This document shows positions 1 through 8,670 of a stretch of 64,000 nucleotides of DNA, piece by piece (positions within the stretch are counted from its first letter, which is position 1; each line of letters opens with the position of its first letter). A program made the position numbers and the translations under genes. Source of the DNA: an uncultured Puniceicoccaceae bacterium (lineage in GTDB: Bacteria; Verrucomicrobiota; Verrucomicrobiia; Opitutales; Oceanipulchritudinaceae); contig CAYFRH010000002.1 in NCBI GenBank assembly GCA_964345345.1, positions 5,758 to 69,757 of the forward strand. Reading direction: 5' to 3'. The notes under the pieces are model-generated. The model did not search any database, had not been told where the DNA came from, and worked only from the letters and a program-made list of their open reading frames with translations.

Positions 1-886
1 CGGCATGAAACTGCAGCCCAATGCGGTCAAGGAATGGTCCCTCGACGAAGGGGTGCCGGTGCTGCAGCCGGACCGCTGCGGGGAACTGGAGGGCGAAAAA
101 ATGAAAGCGGCCGGAATCCGGTCCGTTCTGGTCATGGCCTATGGTCAATTGCTGCGGAAATCCCTCCTGTCGGCCGTTCCGGATGGATTTTACAACCTGC
201 ACGCTTCCGACTTGCCGCGCCTGCGCGGGGCTTCGCCGATTGAGACGGCGGTGGCGGCCGGTTTGCGGGAGACCGCCGTAAGTTTTATGCGAATCGTGCC
301 GGCGATGGATGCGGGCCCTGTGGCCGATCGGGAATTCGTCGCTCTCGGGGAGGACGAGACCGCGCAAAGCCTGCGCGGGAAATTGGCCCAAGCTTGTCCC
401 CCTCTGCTGCGGCGCTGCCTTCCGGCTCTTGGAGAGGGCCGACTCCGATTTGAAGAACAAGACGAGCGGGCGGCCACGTATTGTCGGATGATCGGCCGGG
501 AGGATGCCCACCTCGATTTTTGCGCCTCGTCTTCAACGCTATCCCGCAGGATCCGGGCCCTGCAGCCGTGGCCCGGAACTTCCTTTCCCTGTGAAGGTAT
601 TGAGTTGCGGGTTCGGGCCGCCACTTCGCTGCCGGAGAACCCCGATCCGGCACGACCCGGGACGATCCTCGCCGCGGAAGGAAACGACCTTCGTATCGCC
701 TGCGGTCGCGGCCAGCTCCGGATCGAGCAACTGCAGCGTCCGGGAGGGAAGCCCCTTCCGGTGGCGGATTTTCTGCGCGGATTTCCCCTTGCGCCCGGTA
801 TTCTTCTCCCCAGCCGGGAAATGCCGCCTCTCGAAGCTGCGGAGCCTTTCGGTGGAAAGAAAGGAAAGAGACGGACCGATGGTTAG
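1..886 (+). CDS. fmt: Methionyl-tRNA formyltransferase (5' truncated by window edge)
   Basis: Reads (G)MKLQPNAVK..VLQP, VLVMAYGQLL, YNLHASDLPRLRGASPI, MDAGPV, RIRALQPWPG, IACGRG.L.IEQLQRPGGKP. The frame is open to base 1 and the usual N-terminal segment is missing. Confidence 0.93.
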   Translation, partial: GMKLQPNAVKEWSLDEGVPVLQPDRCGELEGEKMKAAGIRSVLVMAYGQLLRKSLLSAVPDGFYNLHASDLPRLRGASPIETAVAAGLRETAVSFMRIVPAMDAGPVADREFVALGEDETAQSLRGKLAQACPPLLRRCLPALGEGRLRFEEQDERAATYCRMIGREDAHLDFCASSSTLSRRIRALQPWPGTSFPCEGIELRVRAATSLPENPDPARPGTILAAEGNDLRIACGRGQLRIEQLQRPGGKPLPVADFLRGFPLAPGILLPSREMPPLEAAEPFGGKKGKRRTDG

Positions 887-926
887 GTCGTTGACCCTCT
901 CCGGAAATCCCTCTTTATCCGGATCG

Positions 927-1526
927 ATGAAGCGATTCGCGAAAAGCCTTCTTGCGGCGAGCCTGCTGGCGGTGGGCGCATCCATGCCCCTGCAGGGCCA
1001 ATCCGTGACCGTGCAGCTGGCCAACCTCCGCAGCGACGTCGAGCGTCTCGACCAAGTCGTGCGGGTGCTGCGTGGGGAAGTGGAGGCCCTGCAACGTGAA
1101 AACCGCCAAACGCGTGAATGGGTCCGGGAACAGCTTGGCGGTGCCGGAAACGATGTTGTCAGCCGGAAAGAATTGAACCGGGTTCTTACAAACTTTGAAA
1201 CAAAGATTCAGGACGCCAACCGCCGCAGCCGAGAAACCCTTGTCGAAGAGGTTTCCGCGGAAATCGAAACCCTCGCCCGGCAAACGCAGAAGGCGATCGA
1301 GGCTCTGACGGATGCGGTGGAGGGCCAGCCCCGGATCGAGGAGGTAATGGTCTTCAGCGACGATTACCCGCAGCAGGGGACCTCCTACACTGTGAAAAGC
1401 GGCGATTCCCTCGCCCGCATCGCCCGCAAACTCGGTTCCAAGGTGGACTGGATCCGAAACGCGAACCGGTTGGCCTCGGATATCATTTATCCCGGACAGG
1501 AACTCTTTATTCCCCTCAAAGACTAA
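927..1526 (+). CDS. Secreted coiled-coil protein with C-terminal LysM domain
   Basis: Signal peptide MKRFAKSLLAASLLAVGASMPLQG, heptad-rich middle, C-terminal YTVKSGDSLARIARKLG...IRNANRLASDIIYPGQELFIP (LysM). Start placed at ATG 927; ATG 879 is an alternative. Confidence 0.85.
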   Translation: MKRFAKSLLAASLLAVGASMPLQGQSVTVQLANLRSDVERLDQVVRVLRGEVEALQRENRQTREWVREQLGGAGNDVVSRKELNRVLTNFETKIQDANRRSRETLVEEVSAEIETLARQTQKAIEALTDAVEGQPRIEEVMVFSDDYPQQGTSYTVKSGDSLARIARKLGSKVDWIRNANRLASDIIYPGQELFIPLKD

Positions 1527-1533
1527 GAGCATC

Positions 1534-2586
1534 ATGGCGAAAAAAACAGGACTGGGAAGGGGACTCGGCTCCCTTATCAGCGGTGGAGTGAACGCCGGAA
1601 CCAGCACGCCGGCCAAGAAGGCGACCAGAAAAAGCTCCGGAAAAAAGGCGAAAAAGGGGACCGGAGAGAAAAAAGCCGCGCCGGCTGCAGGGAAGGCCTC
1701 CGCGCCGGCGAAAACGGCCACCGAGGGAAATGTTCCCGAAGGAACACGGCCTTTTCCCAAGCGCCAGGAGGTTGGAGAAGGAGCCCGCGAAACTGCGGTC
1801 GGACTCTACGAAGTGCCCCTTGCGCGTATCCGTCCCAATCCGCGCCAGCCCAGAAAATCCTTTTCCGAGGACCATCTGAAGGAGCTGGCCGAGAGCATTC
1901 GTTCCGAAGGTCTTCTCCAGCCCGTGGTCGTGCGCCACCAGGACGCCGAGTATGAACTCATCGCCGGGGAGCGCCGGTGGCGGGCCTGCCAGTTACTCAA
2001 GTTGCGCTACATTCCCGCGCGTATTATGCAGGCGAGCGAGTCCTCCAGCGCGGTTCTCTCCCTTATCGAGAATCTTCAACGGGAGGACCTTAATCCCATC
2101 GAAGAAGCGATGGGCCTTGCCAGCCTTCTCAAAGATTTTGATCTTACCCAGGAACAGGTGGCCGAACGGGTGGGGCGTTCCCGGGCCGCCGTCGCAAACG
2201 CCCTGCGGCTTCTTCAGTTGCCCCGTGAGATCCAGGGCTATCTCATCAAGAGCCACCTTTCTGTCGGGCACGCCAAGGTTCTGCTCGGGGTCGAGGATCC
2301 GGAGACCCGCCTCGCCCTTGCGCGCCAGGCCATCGAGCGGGAATGGAGCGTCCGCGAGACGGAGCGCCGCGTTGAACAAAGCGGGAACGCTCCCTCCCGA
2401 AAATCCGCCGCACGAAAACAGAACAGCGATGAGCAGGTGGCTCTGCGCAGTGTCGAAAACCAGCTCTCCACCGGCCTCAGTACCCGCGTGTTCCTGAAGC
2501 ACAGCCCGAAAAAAGGCCGCATTATCATCGAGTACTACGGGAACGACGATCTGCAGCGCATTATGGAAAAAATGGGGATGCAGTAG
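1534..2586 (+). CDS. parB: ParB/Spo0J chromosome partitioning protein
   Basis: N-terminal LGRGLGSLI peptide, IRPNPRQPRKSF, LLQPVVVR, ELIAGERRWRA (GxxRxxA), LIENLQREDLNPIEEA, HTH LTQEQVAERVGRSRAAVANALRLL, C-terminal GRIIIEYY..DDLQRI. Confidence 0.95.
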   Translation: MAKKTGLGRGLGSLISGGVNAGTSTPAKKATRKSSGKKAKKGTGEKKAAPAAGKASAPAKTATEGNVPEGTRPFPKRQEVGEGARETAVGLYEVPLARIRPNPRQPRKSFSEDHLKELAESIRSEGLLQPVVVRHQDAEYELIAGERRWRACQLLKLRYIPARIMQASESSSAVLSLIENLQREDLNPIEEAMGLASLLKDFDLTQEQVAERVGRSRAAVANALRLLQLPREIQGYLIKSHLSVGHAKVLLGVEDPETRLALARQAIEREWSVRETERRVEQSGNAPSRKSAARKQNSDEQVALRSVENQLSTGLSTRVFLKHSPKKGRIIIEYYGNDDLQRIMEKMGMQ

Positions 2587-2665
2587 GGGATCCCCTGGAG
2601 ATTTTCCTTGAAACTTAATCTCCCGGAACCCAATTTTCGCTGTTTTTTCTAACAACGGCCGGGCC

Positions 2666-3088
2666 ATGCTCAACATTATCATATCTTTCCTGACCTTCGT
2701 GCTGATCCTCATCAGCCTCTTTATGGTGCTGGTGATCCTCATGCAACGAGGCAGCTCCGGAGGCGGCATGGGGTCGGCCTTCGGTGGCGGTGCCGCCGAG
2801 TCTGCTTTCGGCGCGGAAACGACGAACATTCTGACTCGTGCCACGAAGTGGTCGGCTCTCGGATTCTTCGTCATCGCCCTGTCCCTCTATCTCCTGTACA
2901 TGGAGCGGGAACAAGGTAGCACTGACCAGGGAGAAACCGACCTTCCGGACATTCCCGTGGAAATGAGCGAAGAGGCTGCTCCCGCCGAGGAATTACCCGG
3001 GGAAACCACCCCTCCTGAAGTGGAGGGAGAAGCGGCCGCCGAAGAAGGAAGTCCGGAGACGCGCCCCGATCCCGAGCCGCAGGAATGA
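2666..3088 (+). CDS. secG: Preprotein translocase subunit SecG with acidic C-terminal tail
   Basis: LMVLVILMQRGSSGGGMGSAFGGG..ESAFG...NILTRAT, with two TM segments. Confidence 0.93.
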   Translation: MLNIIISFLTFVLILISLFMVLVILMQRGSSGGGMGSAFGGGAAESAFGAETTNILTRATKWSALGFFVIALSLYLLYMEREQGSTDQGETDLPDIPVEMSEEAAPAEELPGETTPPEVEGEAAAEEGSPETRPDPEPQE

Positions 3089-3924
3089 GGCCGGTTTTTT
3101 CCTCTTTCTCTTTTTGCTTACGTCCGTTCCGCTTTTTGGCGGGCGGGCGTTTTTTCATCCGCCTTTCCTTTTCTTTCCTTATTTGTCTGCTCCTCGCCCA
3201 GCCCGCGTCCGGCCAGTTTAAGTTCCGCGAGGCGCCCAACCGGCAGGATCCGCGTCCCCTTGCCGGAGAAGAGGGCGAAGCCATTTGGAACGCTTTTGAG
3301 GCCAACCGCGCCCTCGGTTCCTTTGTCCTGCAGGGCAGGCTCATACATCGTCCGCCTCGGGACCCCTCCCGCCGTTACGGCCTCCGCCTTGAGGGAACCT
3401 GGACCGAAAAAGCCCGCAGCACTACAATCCGCCTTCGCGCGCCTGATGGAATTGTCACTACGCATCACCTTCGGATGGAAGGCGGGTCCGAAGAAAAAAC
3501 GGTTTTTTTCCGCGACGAGGATACGGAGGCATGGGAAAGGGCAGAATCCGCACGGTTGCAGGAACCCCTTCTCCCGGGCCTTCCCTTCTCCCGGGCCGAT
3601 CTTCTCATGACCTATCTTGAATGGGAAGTTCGTCATTACAAGGGTCCCGATCGATTGCATGGTAGACCCGCTCATGTTTTCGCCCTGCACAATCCGCGCG
3701 AACACATTTCACCAAGCCGTGTCGAGGTATGGCTCGACGAGGATTATGCCGCCATCCTGCGCATCGATATTTTCGCTACGGAAAAGGAGCGGACCGCCCG
3801 GATCCGGGTCGGCGGTTTCCGCGAATACTCCAGCGGGTGGATGTTCAGCAGCCTGATCTGGGAAAACCGGCGGACGCGTGACCGCATCCGTCTCGAGGTA
3901 GAGGATTTTTCCCTACATCCCTGA
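3085..3924 (+). CDS. Outer-membrane lipoprotein-sorting (LolA-like fold) protein
   Basis: Signal-like N-terminus, [11 protein letters not shown] and [20 protein letters not shown] motifs, beta-rich. ATGA overlap with the secG stop. True start may be downstream. Confidence 0.6.
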   Translation: MRPVFSSFSFCLRPFRFLAGGRFFIRLSFSFLICLLLAQPASGQFKFREAPNRQDPRPLAGEEGEAIWNAFEANRALGSFVLQGRLIHRPPRDPSRRYGLRLEGTWTEKARSTTIRLRAPDGIVTTHHLRMEGGSEEKTVFFRDEDTEAWERAESARLQEPLLPGLPFSRADLLMTYLEWEVRHYKGPDRLHGRPAHVFALHNPREHISPSRVEVWLDEDYAAILRIDIFATEKERTARIRVGGFREYSSGWMFSSLIWENRRTRDRIRLEVEDFSLHP

Positions 3925-4025
3925 ACCGTTTCTTCCCCCCGCACTGTCGTTGCGCCCCATTTTTTGGGGCTTGTCCGGGGTGCAGCCATTTTTCAATACT
4001 TTTTTGTTGAAATTTGGAAAATATC

Positions 4026-4055
4026 TTGTAGACCGGGATATTGAGTACTTACAAA
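4026..4055 (+). promoter_or_regulatory. Candidate sigma70 promoter for the RHH/H1-like gene
   Basis: TTGTAG at 4026-4031 with TACAAA 18 nt later in an AT-rich intergenic stretch. GGGGAG SD-like sequence precedes ATG 4076. Confidence 0.35.
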
Positions 4056-4075
4056 TTAATACAGGGGAGAAACCT

Positions 4076-4858
4076 ATGCCTAAACAGCCAAAACAAAGCC
4101 ACGTGAAAACGACACCGCTTAGTTTTGAGATCGATGCCGACCTCGCTGACAGCCTTGAAAAGCTGCGCCGTCAGTTGGGAAACGTTTCCATCTCGAAACT
4201 GATCGATCACGCCATCGAGCGGTTTGATTACTCCAAAATCTCCCGCAAAGCCGGTGGGGAAAGGAGGCAGTTGTCGGTCCGACTCTCCGACGACAAACGC
4301 GGTGTCCTCGACAAATTGTCGAGATCCGAAAAAGTCAGCATGGCGTACCTGATTCGCCATGCCCTCGAATCCCTGATGGATTCCGCCCGGACCAGGACGG
4401 TCCAGGCTCAACTCCGGAAGGCTCTTGCCAGCGCGGCTCCGGCTGCGGCGAAAAAGACGGCCACCAAAAAGGGCGCGAAGAAGGCCGCCACCAAGAAAAG
4501 TCCTGCCAAGAAAGCCACCGCCAAAAAGGCCGGTACTAAGAAAGCGGCAGCCAAAAAGGCCGGTTCTAAAAAAGCGGCCGCGAAGAAGGCCGCCACCAAG
4601 AAGAGTCCTGTGAAGAAAACCGCGAAGAAAGCGGTTGCGAAAAAGGCAGGCACCAAAAAAGCGGCCGCCAAGAAGAGCGCCGCCAAGAAGGCGCCTGCCA
4701 AAAAGGCAGCGGTGAAAAAGGCCACGGTGAAAAAAGCTGCGACAAAAAAGGGTCCGGCGAAAAAAGCCGCGCGCAAAACGGCAGTGAAAAAGAAAGTGCC
4801 AAGCAAGAAAGCGGTGGCCGGCAAGCGAGTCGCGAAAAAAGGCCGCTCCGCTAGTTGA
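4076..4858 (+). CDS. Tandem ribbon-helix-helix DNA-binding protein with histone H1-like Lys/Ala-rich tail
   Basis: Two RHH-like units ([37 protein letters not shown]; [36 protein letters not shown]) followed by about 140 aa of KKxxA/T pentapeptide repeats with no acidic residues. Confidence 0.75.
   Translation: MPKQPKQSHVKTTPLSFEIDADLADSLEKLRRQLGNVSISKLIDHAIERFDYSKISRKAGGERRQLSVRLSDDKRGVLDKLSRSEKVSMAYLIRHALESLMDSARTRTVQAQLRKALASAAPAAAKKTATKKGAKKAATKKSPAKKATAKKAGTKKAAAKKAGSKKAAAKKAATKKSPVKKTAKKAVAKKAGTKKAAAKKSAAKKAPAKKAAVKKATVKKAATKKGPAKKAARKTAVKKKVPSKKAVAGKRVAKKGRSAS
4430..4850 (+). repeat. Degenerate coding repeat (AAGAAG-GCN-GCN units) of the H1-like tail
   Basis: 15-bp periodicity. GCGAAGAAGGCCGCCACCAAGAA(A/G)AGTCCTG occurs at 4475 and 4580 (105-bp offset, one mismatch). 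Confidence 0.85.
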
Positions 4859-4912
4859 AGCGTTTTCCCCAGCACCGGGGTTCTGATACGCCGGAGCTGA
4901 TTTTCTTTTCCC

Positions 4913-4943
4913 ATCCTCCCTTTTGCCGGGGAGGATTTTTTTT
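4913..4943 (+). terminator. Intrinsic terminator after the RHH/H1-like gene
   Basis: ATCCTCCC-ttttgccg-GGGAGGAT followed by a T run. Confidence 0.75.
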
Positions 4944-5021
4944 CGTCTGCGAAAAGCGCGATGGGAAAAAGCCTTGCAGAGGCCGGGAGGTAGCCGAAAG
5001 GTTGGCAAAACCAAGCAAATT

Positions 5022-6260
5022 ATGGAACAGAACGAACAAACGGGCGCACCTATTGAAGTGAACAGCGATGGAAGTCCGCAGGTGCCGGACCGGCCAATTC
5101 TTCCTTTCATTGAGGGGGATGGAACAGGTCCGGATATCTGGGCGGCAGCCGTCCGGGTTTTCGATGCCGCAGTGGAAAAAGCCTACGGGGGTCGACGGCA
5201 AATTGTCTGGAAGGAAGTTCTCGCCGGAGAAAAAGCCTACAAGGCAACGGGAGACTGGTTGCCTGCGGAGACGTTGGAGGCTTTCCGCACGTATCGGGTC
5301 GGCATCAAAGGACCGTTGACGACGCCGGTGGGCGGAGGAATCCGCTCCCTCAATGTGGCTCTGCGGCAGGAACTTGATCTCTACGTTTGTCTGCGCCCGG
5401 TCCGTTATTTTAAAGGCGTGTCCAGTCCTCTGAAAAAACCGGAGGATACCGACATGGTCATTTTCCGGGAAAACACCGAGGACATATACGCCGGCATTGA
5501 ATTCGCTTCCGGAACCGAGGAAGCGGAACAATTAAAACACTGGCTTGGGCAGAGTTTTCCGGAAAAAATGAAAAAGGTCCGCTTTCCCGATACAGCCGGT
5601 TTCGGATTGAAACCGGTTTCCCAGGAGGGGACGCGTCGTCTTGTTACGGCGGCGATTCACTATGCCCGGGAGCGCAAACGCGAGAGCGTGACGCTCGTGC
5701 ACAAGGGGAATATCATGAAGTACACCGAGGGGGCGTTTCGCGACTGGGGCTATCAGACAGCGCAGGAGGAATTCGGGGCGGAACTCCTCGACGGCGGTCC
5801 GTGGTGCAGGCTTCCGGACGGCCTCATCATCAAGGATGTGATTGCCGACGCGTTCCTGCAGCAAATACTCACCCGGCCATCGGAGTACGACGTCGTGGCA
5901 ACCTTGAATCTGAACGGAGACTACATTTCAGACGCGCTTGCCGCTCAGGTCGGGGGGATTGGCATCGCTCCGGGCGGAAATGTCAGCTACGAGAACGGTG
6001 CGGCGATTTTCGAGGCGACCCACGGTACGGCGCCCAAATACGCCGGGCAGGACAAGGTCAATCCGGGCTCGCTGATCCTTTCCGGAGAAATGATGCTCCG
6101 CTACCTCGGATGGAACGAGGCGGCTGACCTTATCATCCGGGGAGTGGAGGGAGCGATTGCCCATCACAAAGTGACCTACGATTTCGCCCGCATGCTGGAA
6201 GGGGTGGAACCTGTTTCCTGCTCCGGTTTCGGTGAAGCCGTGATCGGGGAAATGGCGTAA
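5022..6260 (+). CDS. icd: NADP-dependent isocitrate dehydrogenase (E. coli type)
   Basis: [74 protein letters not shown]. The K-Y and Y..R residues indicate NADP preference. Start at ATG 5022. Confidence 0.96.
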   Translation: MEQNEQTGAPIEVNSDGSPQVPDRPILPFIEGDGTGPDIWAAAVRVFDAAVEKAYGGRRQIVWKEVLAGEKAYKATGDWLPAETLEAFRTYRVGIKGPLTTPVGGGIRSLNVALRQELDLYVCLRPVRYFKGVSSPLKKPEDTDMVIFRENTEDIYAGIEFASGTEEAEQLKHWLGQSFPEKMKKVRFPDTAGFGLKPVSQEGTRRLVTAAIHYARERKRESVTLVHKGNIMKYTEGAFRDWGYQTAQEEFGAELLDGGPWCRLPDGLIIKDVIADAFLQQILTRPSEYDVVATLNLNGDYISDALAAQVGGIGIAPGGNVSYENGAAIFEATHGTAPKYAGQDKVNPGSLILSGEMMLRYLGWNEAADLIIRGVEGAIAHHKVTYDFARMLEGVEPVSCSGFGEAVIGEMA

Positions 6261-6276
6261 GCTCCCCCCTTCGGAA

Positions 6277-7239
6277 ATGGGTCTGGAACCCGGCCATGCG
6301 AAAGCGATTGAGGCCCTCACGAAAGTGAAGGCTCGTCTTGGTGACGTCATCCGGGGCAAGGGCGAAGTTCTCGACCGGGTCCTGATCTGCCTCTTGAGCG
6401 GGGGACACCTCCTGCTTGAGGACCTCCCCGGAATGGGCAAGACAACACTTGCCTATGCGCTTGCCTGCGCCCTGAAGGCCGATTTTCAGCGTATCCAATT
6501 TACGAGTGATCTGCTGCCGGCGGATGTTCTCGGTGTCTCCGTGTACGAAGAGCAAAAGAGCCGCTTTGTCTTCAAGCCGGGTCCGGTATTCGCGAATATT
6601 CTTCTCGCCGATGAAATCAACCGGACAACTCCGAAAACGCAAAGTGCTCTCCTTGAAGTCATGGACCGGGGGCGCGTTTCCATGGATGGAGAAACCCATG
6701 AGGTAGGGAAGCCCTTCATGGTTTTCGCGACCCAGAACCCGGTCGATTTTGAGGGAACCTTTCCGCTTCCGGACAGCCAGATGGATCGCTTTTTCATGCG
6801 AACGCAGATGGGATATCCCGCTTTCGCCGATGAAAAGGAAATCCTCGCGGCGGGCCTGCGGCACTACGACCGCATCGGGGGAGAAGCCGTTGTCAGCCGC
6901 GAGGAAGTCCGTGAATGGCAGGAGCAGGTGGAGCGGCTATACATCGAGGAAAGTGTGCTGGAATACCTGCTCCGCATTGTGCGTTCGACGCGGGAGGAAG
7001 AAAGCTTCCGCAGTGGCATCAGCCCTCGCGGGGCTTTAGCTCTTAAAGTCGCGGCACAGGCGCGGGCCTTTTACCTTGGACGGTCCTTCGTGCTTCCGGA
7101 GGATGTTGAGACCCTTTTTGTGCCGGTTTGCGCGCATCGTCTGGTCAGCCGCTTCCACGGTTCCGATCCGCTTGAGGAACGGGAGAGGGTGGAAGGCCTG
7201 CTGGCGGCGATTCTGGAGAAAGTGCCGGCGCCCCTGTGA
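6277..7239 (+). CDS. moxR: MoxR-family AAA+ ATPase
   Basis: [54 protein letters not shown]...EGTFPLP..QMDRF, GISPRG. Confidence 0.9.
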   Translation: MGLEPGHAKAIEALTKVKARLGDVIRGKGEVLDRVLICLLSGGHLLLEDLPGMGKTTLAYALACALKADFQRIQFTSDLLPADVLGVSVYEEQKSRFVFKPGPVFANILLADEINRTTPKTQSALLEVMDRGRVSMDGETHEVGKPFMVFATQNPVDFEGTFPLPDSQMDRFFMRTQMGYPAFADEKEILAAGLRHYDRIGGEAVVSREEVREWQEQVERLYIEESVLEYLLRIVRSTREEESFRSGISPRGALALKVAAQARAFYLGRSFVLPEDVETLFVPVCAHRLVSRFHGSDPLEERERVEGLLAAILEKVPAPL

Positions 7240-7260
7240 TTCCCAGGGAGGCGGCGGCGA

Positions 7261-8670
7261 TCAGACGTCGTAGTAGAGATCGTACTCGCGGGGATGAGGG
7301 CGGAGGCGGACTTCGTCGTATTCAGCCATTTTCAGGTCGATGAAGTTCTCGACGAAGTCATCGGTGAAAACATCTCCCTTTAGCAGAAAGTCGCGGTCTT
7401 CAGCAAGGGCTTGCAGGGAGCCGCGAAGGCTTTCCGGAACCGTATCGAGGTTGGCGGCCTCCTCGGGCGGCAGGTCGTAGAGATTCTTGTCGATGGCATC
7501 CCCGGGATTGATGCGGTTTTCAATGCCGTCGAGGCCTGCCATGAGGATAGCGGAAAAGGCGAGGTACGGATTGGCGGAGGGATCCGGGCAGCGGAACTCC
7601 ACCCGCTTGGCCTTGGGGCTGTCGCTGTAGGTCGGAATCCGGCAGATGGCGGACCGGTTTCGCGCCGAATAGGCGAGAATGACCGGGGCCTCAAATCCCG
7701 GAACAAGGCGCTTGTAGGAGTTGTTGGTCGGATTGGTGAGGGCGCAGAGAGCCTTGGCATGGCGGAGAATGCCGCCGATGTAATGCAGCCCCTGCTCGCT
7801 GAGGCCGGCATAGCCGTCTCCGGCCATGACGGGGGTCTCGCCTTTCCAGAGGGACGAGTGGACGTGCATGCCGGAACCGTTGTCCCCGAAGATGGGTTTT
7901 GGCATAAAGGTGGCGGTCTTGCCGAACTGAGCGGCGACATTTTTCACCACGTACTTGTACTTGCACAGGTTGTCCGCCATGAGGAGGAGACTGTCGAAGC
8001 GTAGGTCGATTTCGCACTGTCCGCCGGTGGCGACCTCGTGGTGCTGGGCCTCGACGTCGATGCCGATCCGCTGCATCGTGGTGACCATTTCATTACGTAG
8101 ATTCATGAGCCGGTCCATGGGCGGCACCGGGAGGTAACCCTCCTTGTGCGGGATTTTGTGGCCGAGATTGGGAAACTCTTCTGTAGCGGTATTCCAGGTA
8201 CCTTCGGAGGAATCGACACGGTAAAAGGACTCGTTGGAGGTGCTGCGGTAGCGGACATCGTCGAAGACGAAAAACTCGGCTTCCGGTCCGAAGAAGGCCT
8301 TGTCTCCAATGCCGGTGGCCCGGAGGTATTCCTCGGCTTTGACGGCGATGCCGCGGGGCGAGCGCGAGTAGGGGTCGCGGGTGATGGGGTCCTCGATGTC
8401 GCAGGTCAGGCTGAGGGTGGGCTGGGTCACGAAGGGGTCGAGGAAAGCGGTGCGGGGATCGGGGATGACGAGCATGTCGGAGGCTTCAATTCCCTGCCAG
8501 CCCCGGATGGAGGAGCCGTCGAAGCCCAGCCCGTCCTCGAAAATATTCTCGTCGAAGTGCTCGACGGGAATGGTGAAGTGCTGCCAGCGACCGTGGATGT
8601 CGCAGAATTTGAAATCGACGAAAAGGACTTCCTTTTCGCGGAGGAGGGTAAGAATTTCCTGAGGCGTCAT
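7261..8670 (-). CDS. glnA: Glutamine synthetase type I (adenylylation-regulated class)
   Basis: [67 protein letters not shown], adenylylation site NLYDLP. Confidence 0.97.
   Translation of the reverse strand: MTPQEILTLLREKEVLFVDFKFCDIHGRWQHFTIPVEHFDENIFEDGLGFDGSSIRGWQGIEASDMLVIPDPRTAFLDPFVTQPTLSLTCDIEDPITRDPYSRSPRGIAVKAEEYLRATGIGDKAFFGPEAEFFVFDDVRYRSTSNESFYRVDSSEGTWNTATEEFPNLGHKIPHKEGYLPVPPMDRLMNLRNEMVTTMQRIGIDVEAQHHEVATGGQCEIDLRFDSLLLMADNLCKYKYVVKNVAAQFGKTATFMPKPIFGDNGSGMHVHSSLWKGETPVMAGDGYAGLSEQGLHYIGGILRHAKALCALTNPTNNSYKRLVPGFEAPVILAYSARNRSAICRIPTYSDSPKAKRVEFRCPDPSANPYLAFSAILMAGLDGIENRINPGDAIDKNLYDLPPEEAANLDTVPESLRGSLQALAEDRDFLLKGDVFTDDFVENFIDLKMAEYDEVRLRPHPREYDLYYDV

Noticed and set aside
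2597-2623. GGAGATT-N13-AATCTCC inverted repeat between parB and secG
   Set aside because: A 7-bp stem with a long loop and no U tract. Too weak to call a terminator or operator.
4094-4110. parS-like sequence AAAGCCACGTGAAAAC
   Set aside because: Only the right half resembles parS, it is not palindromic, and it lies inside a CDS.
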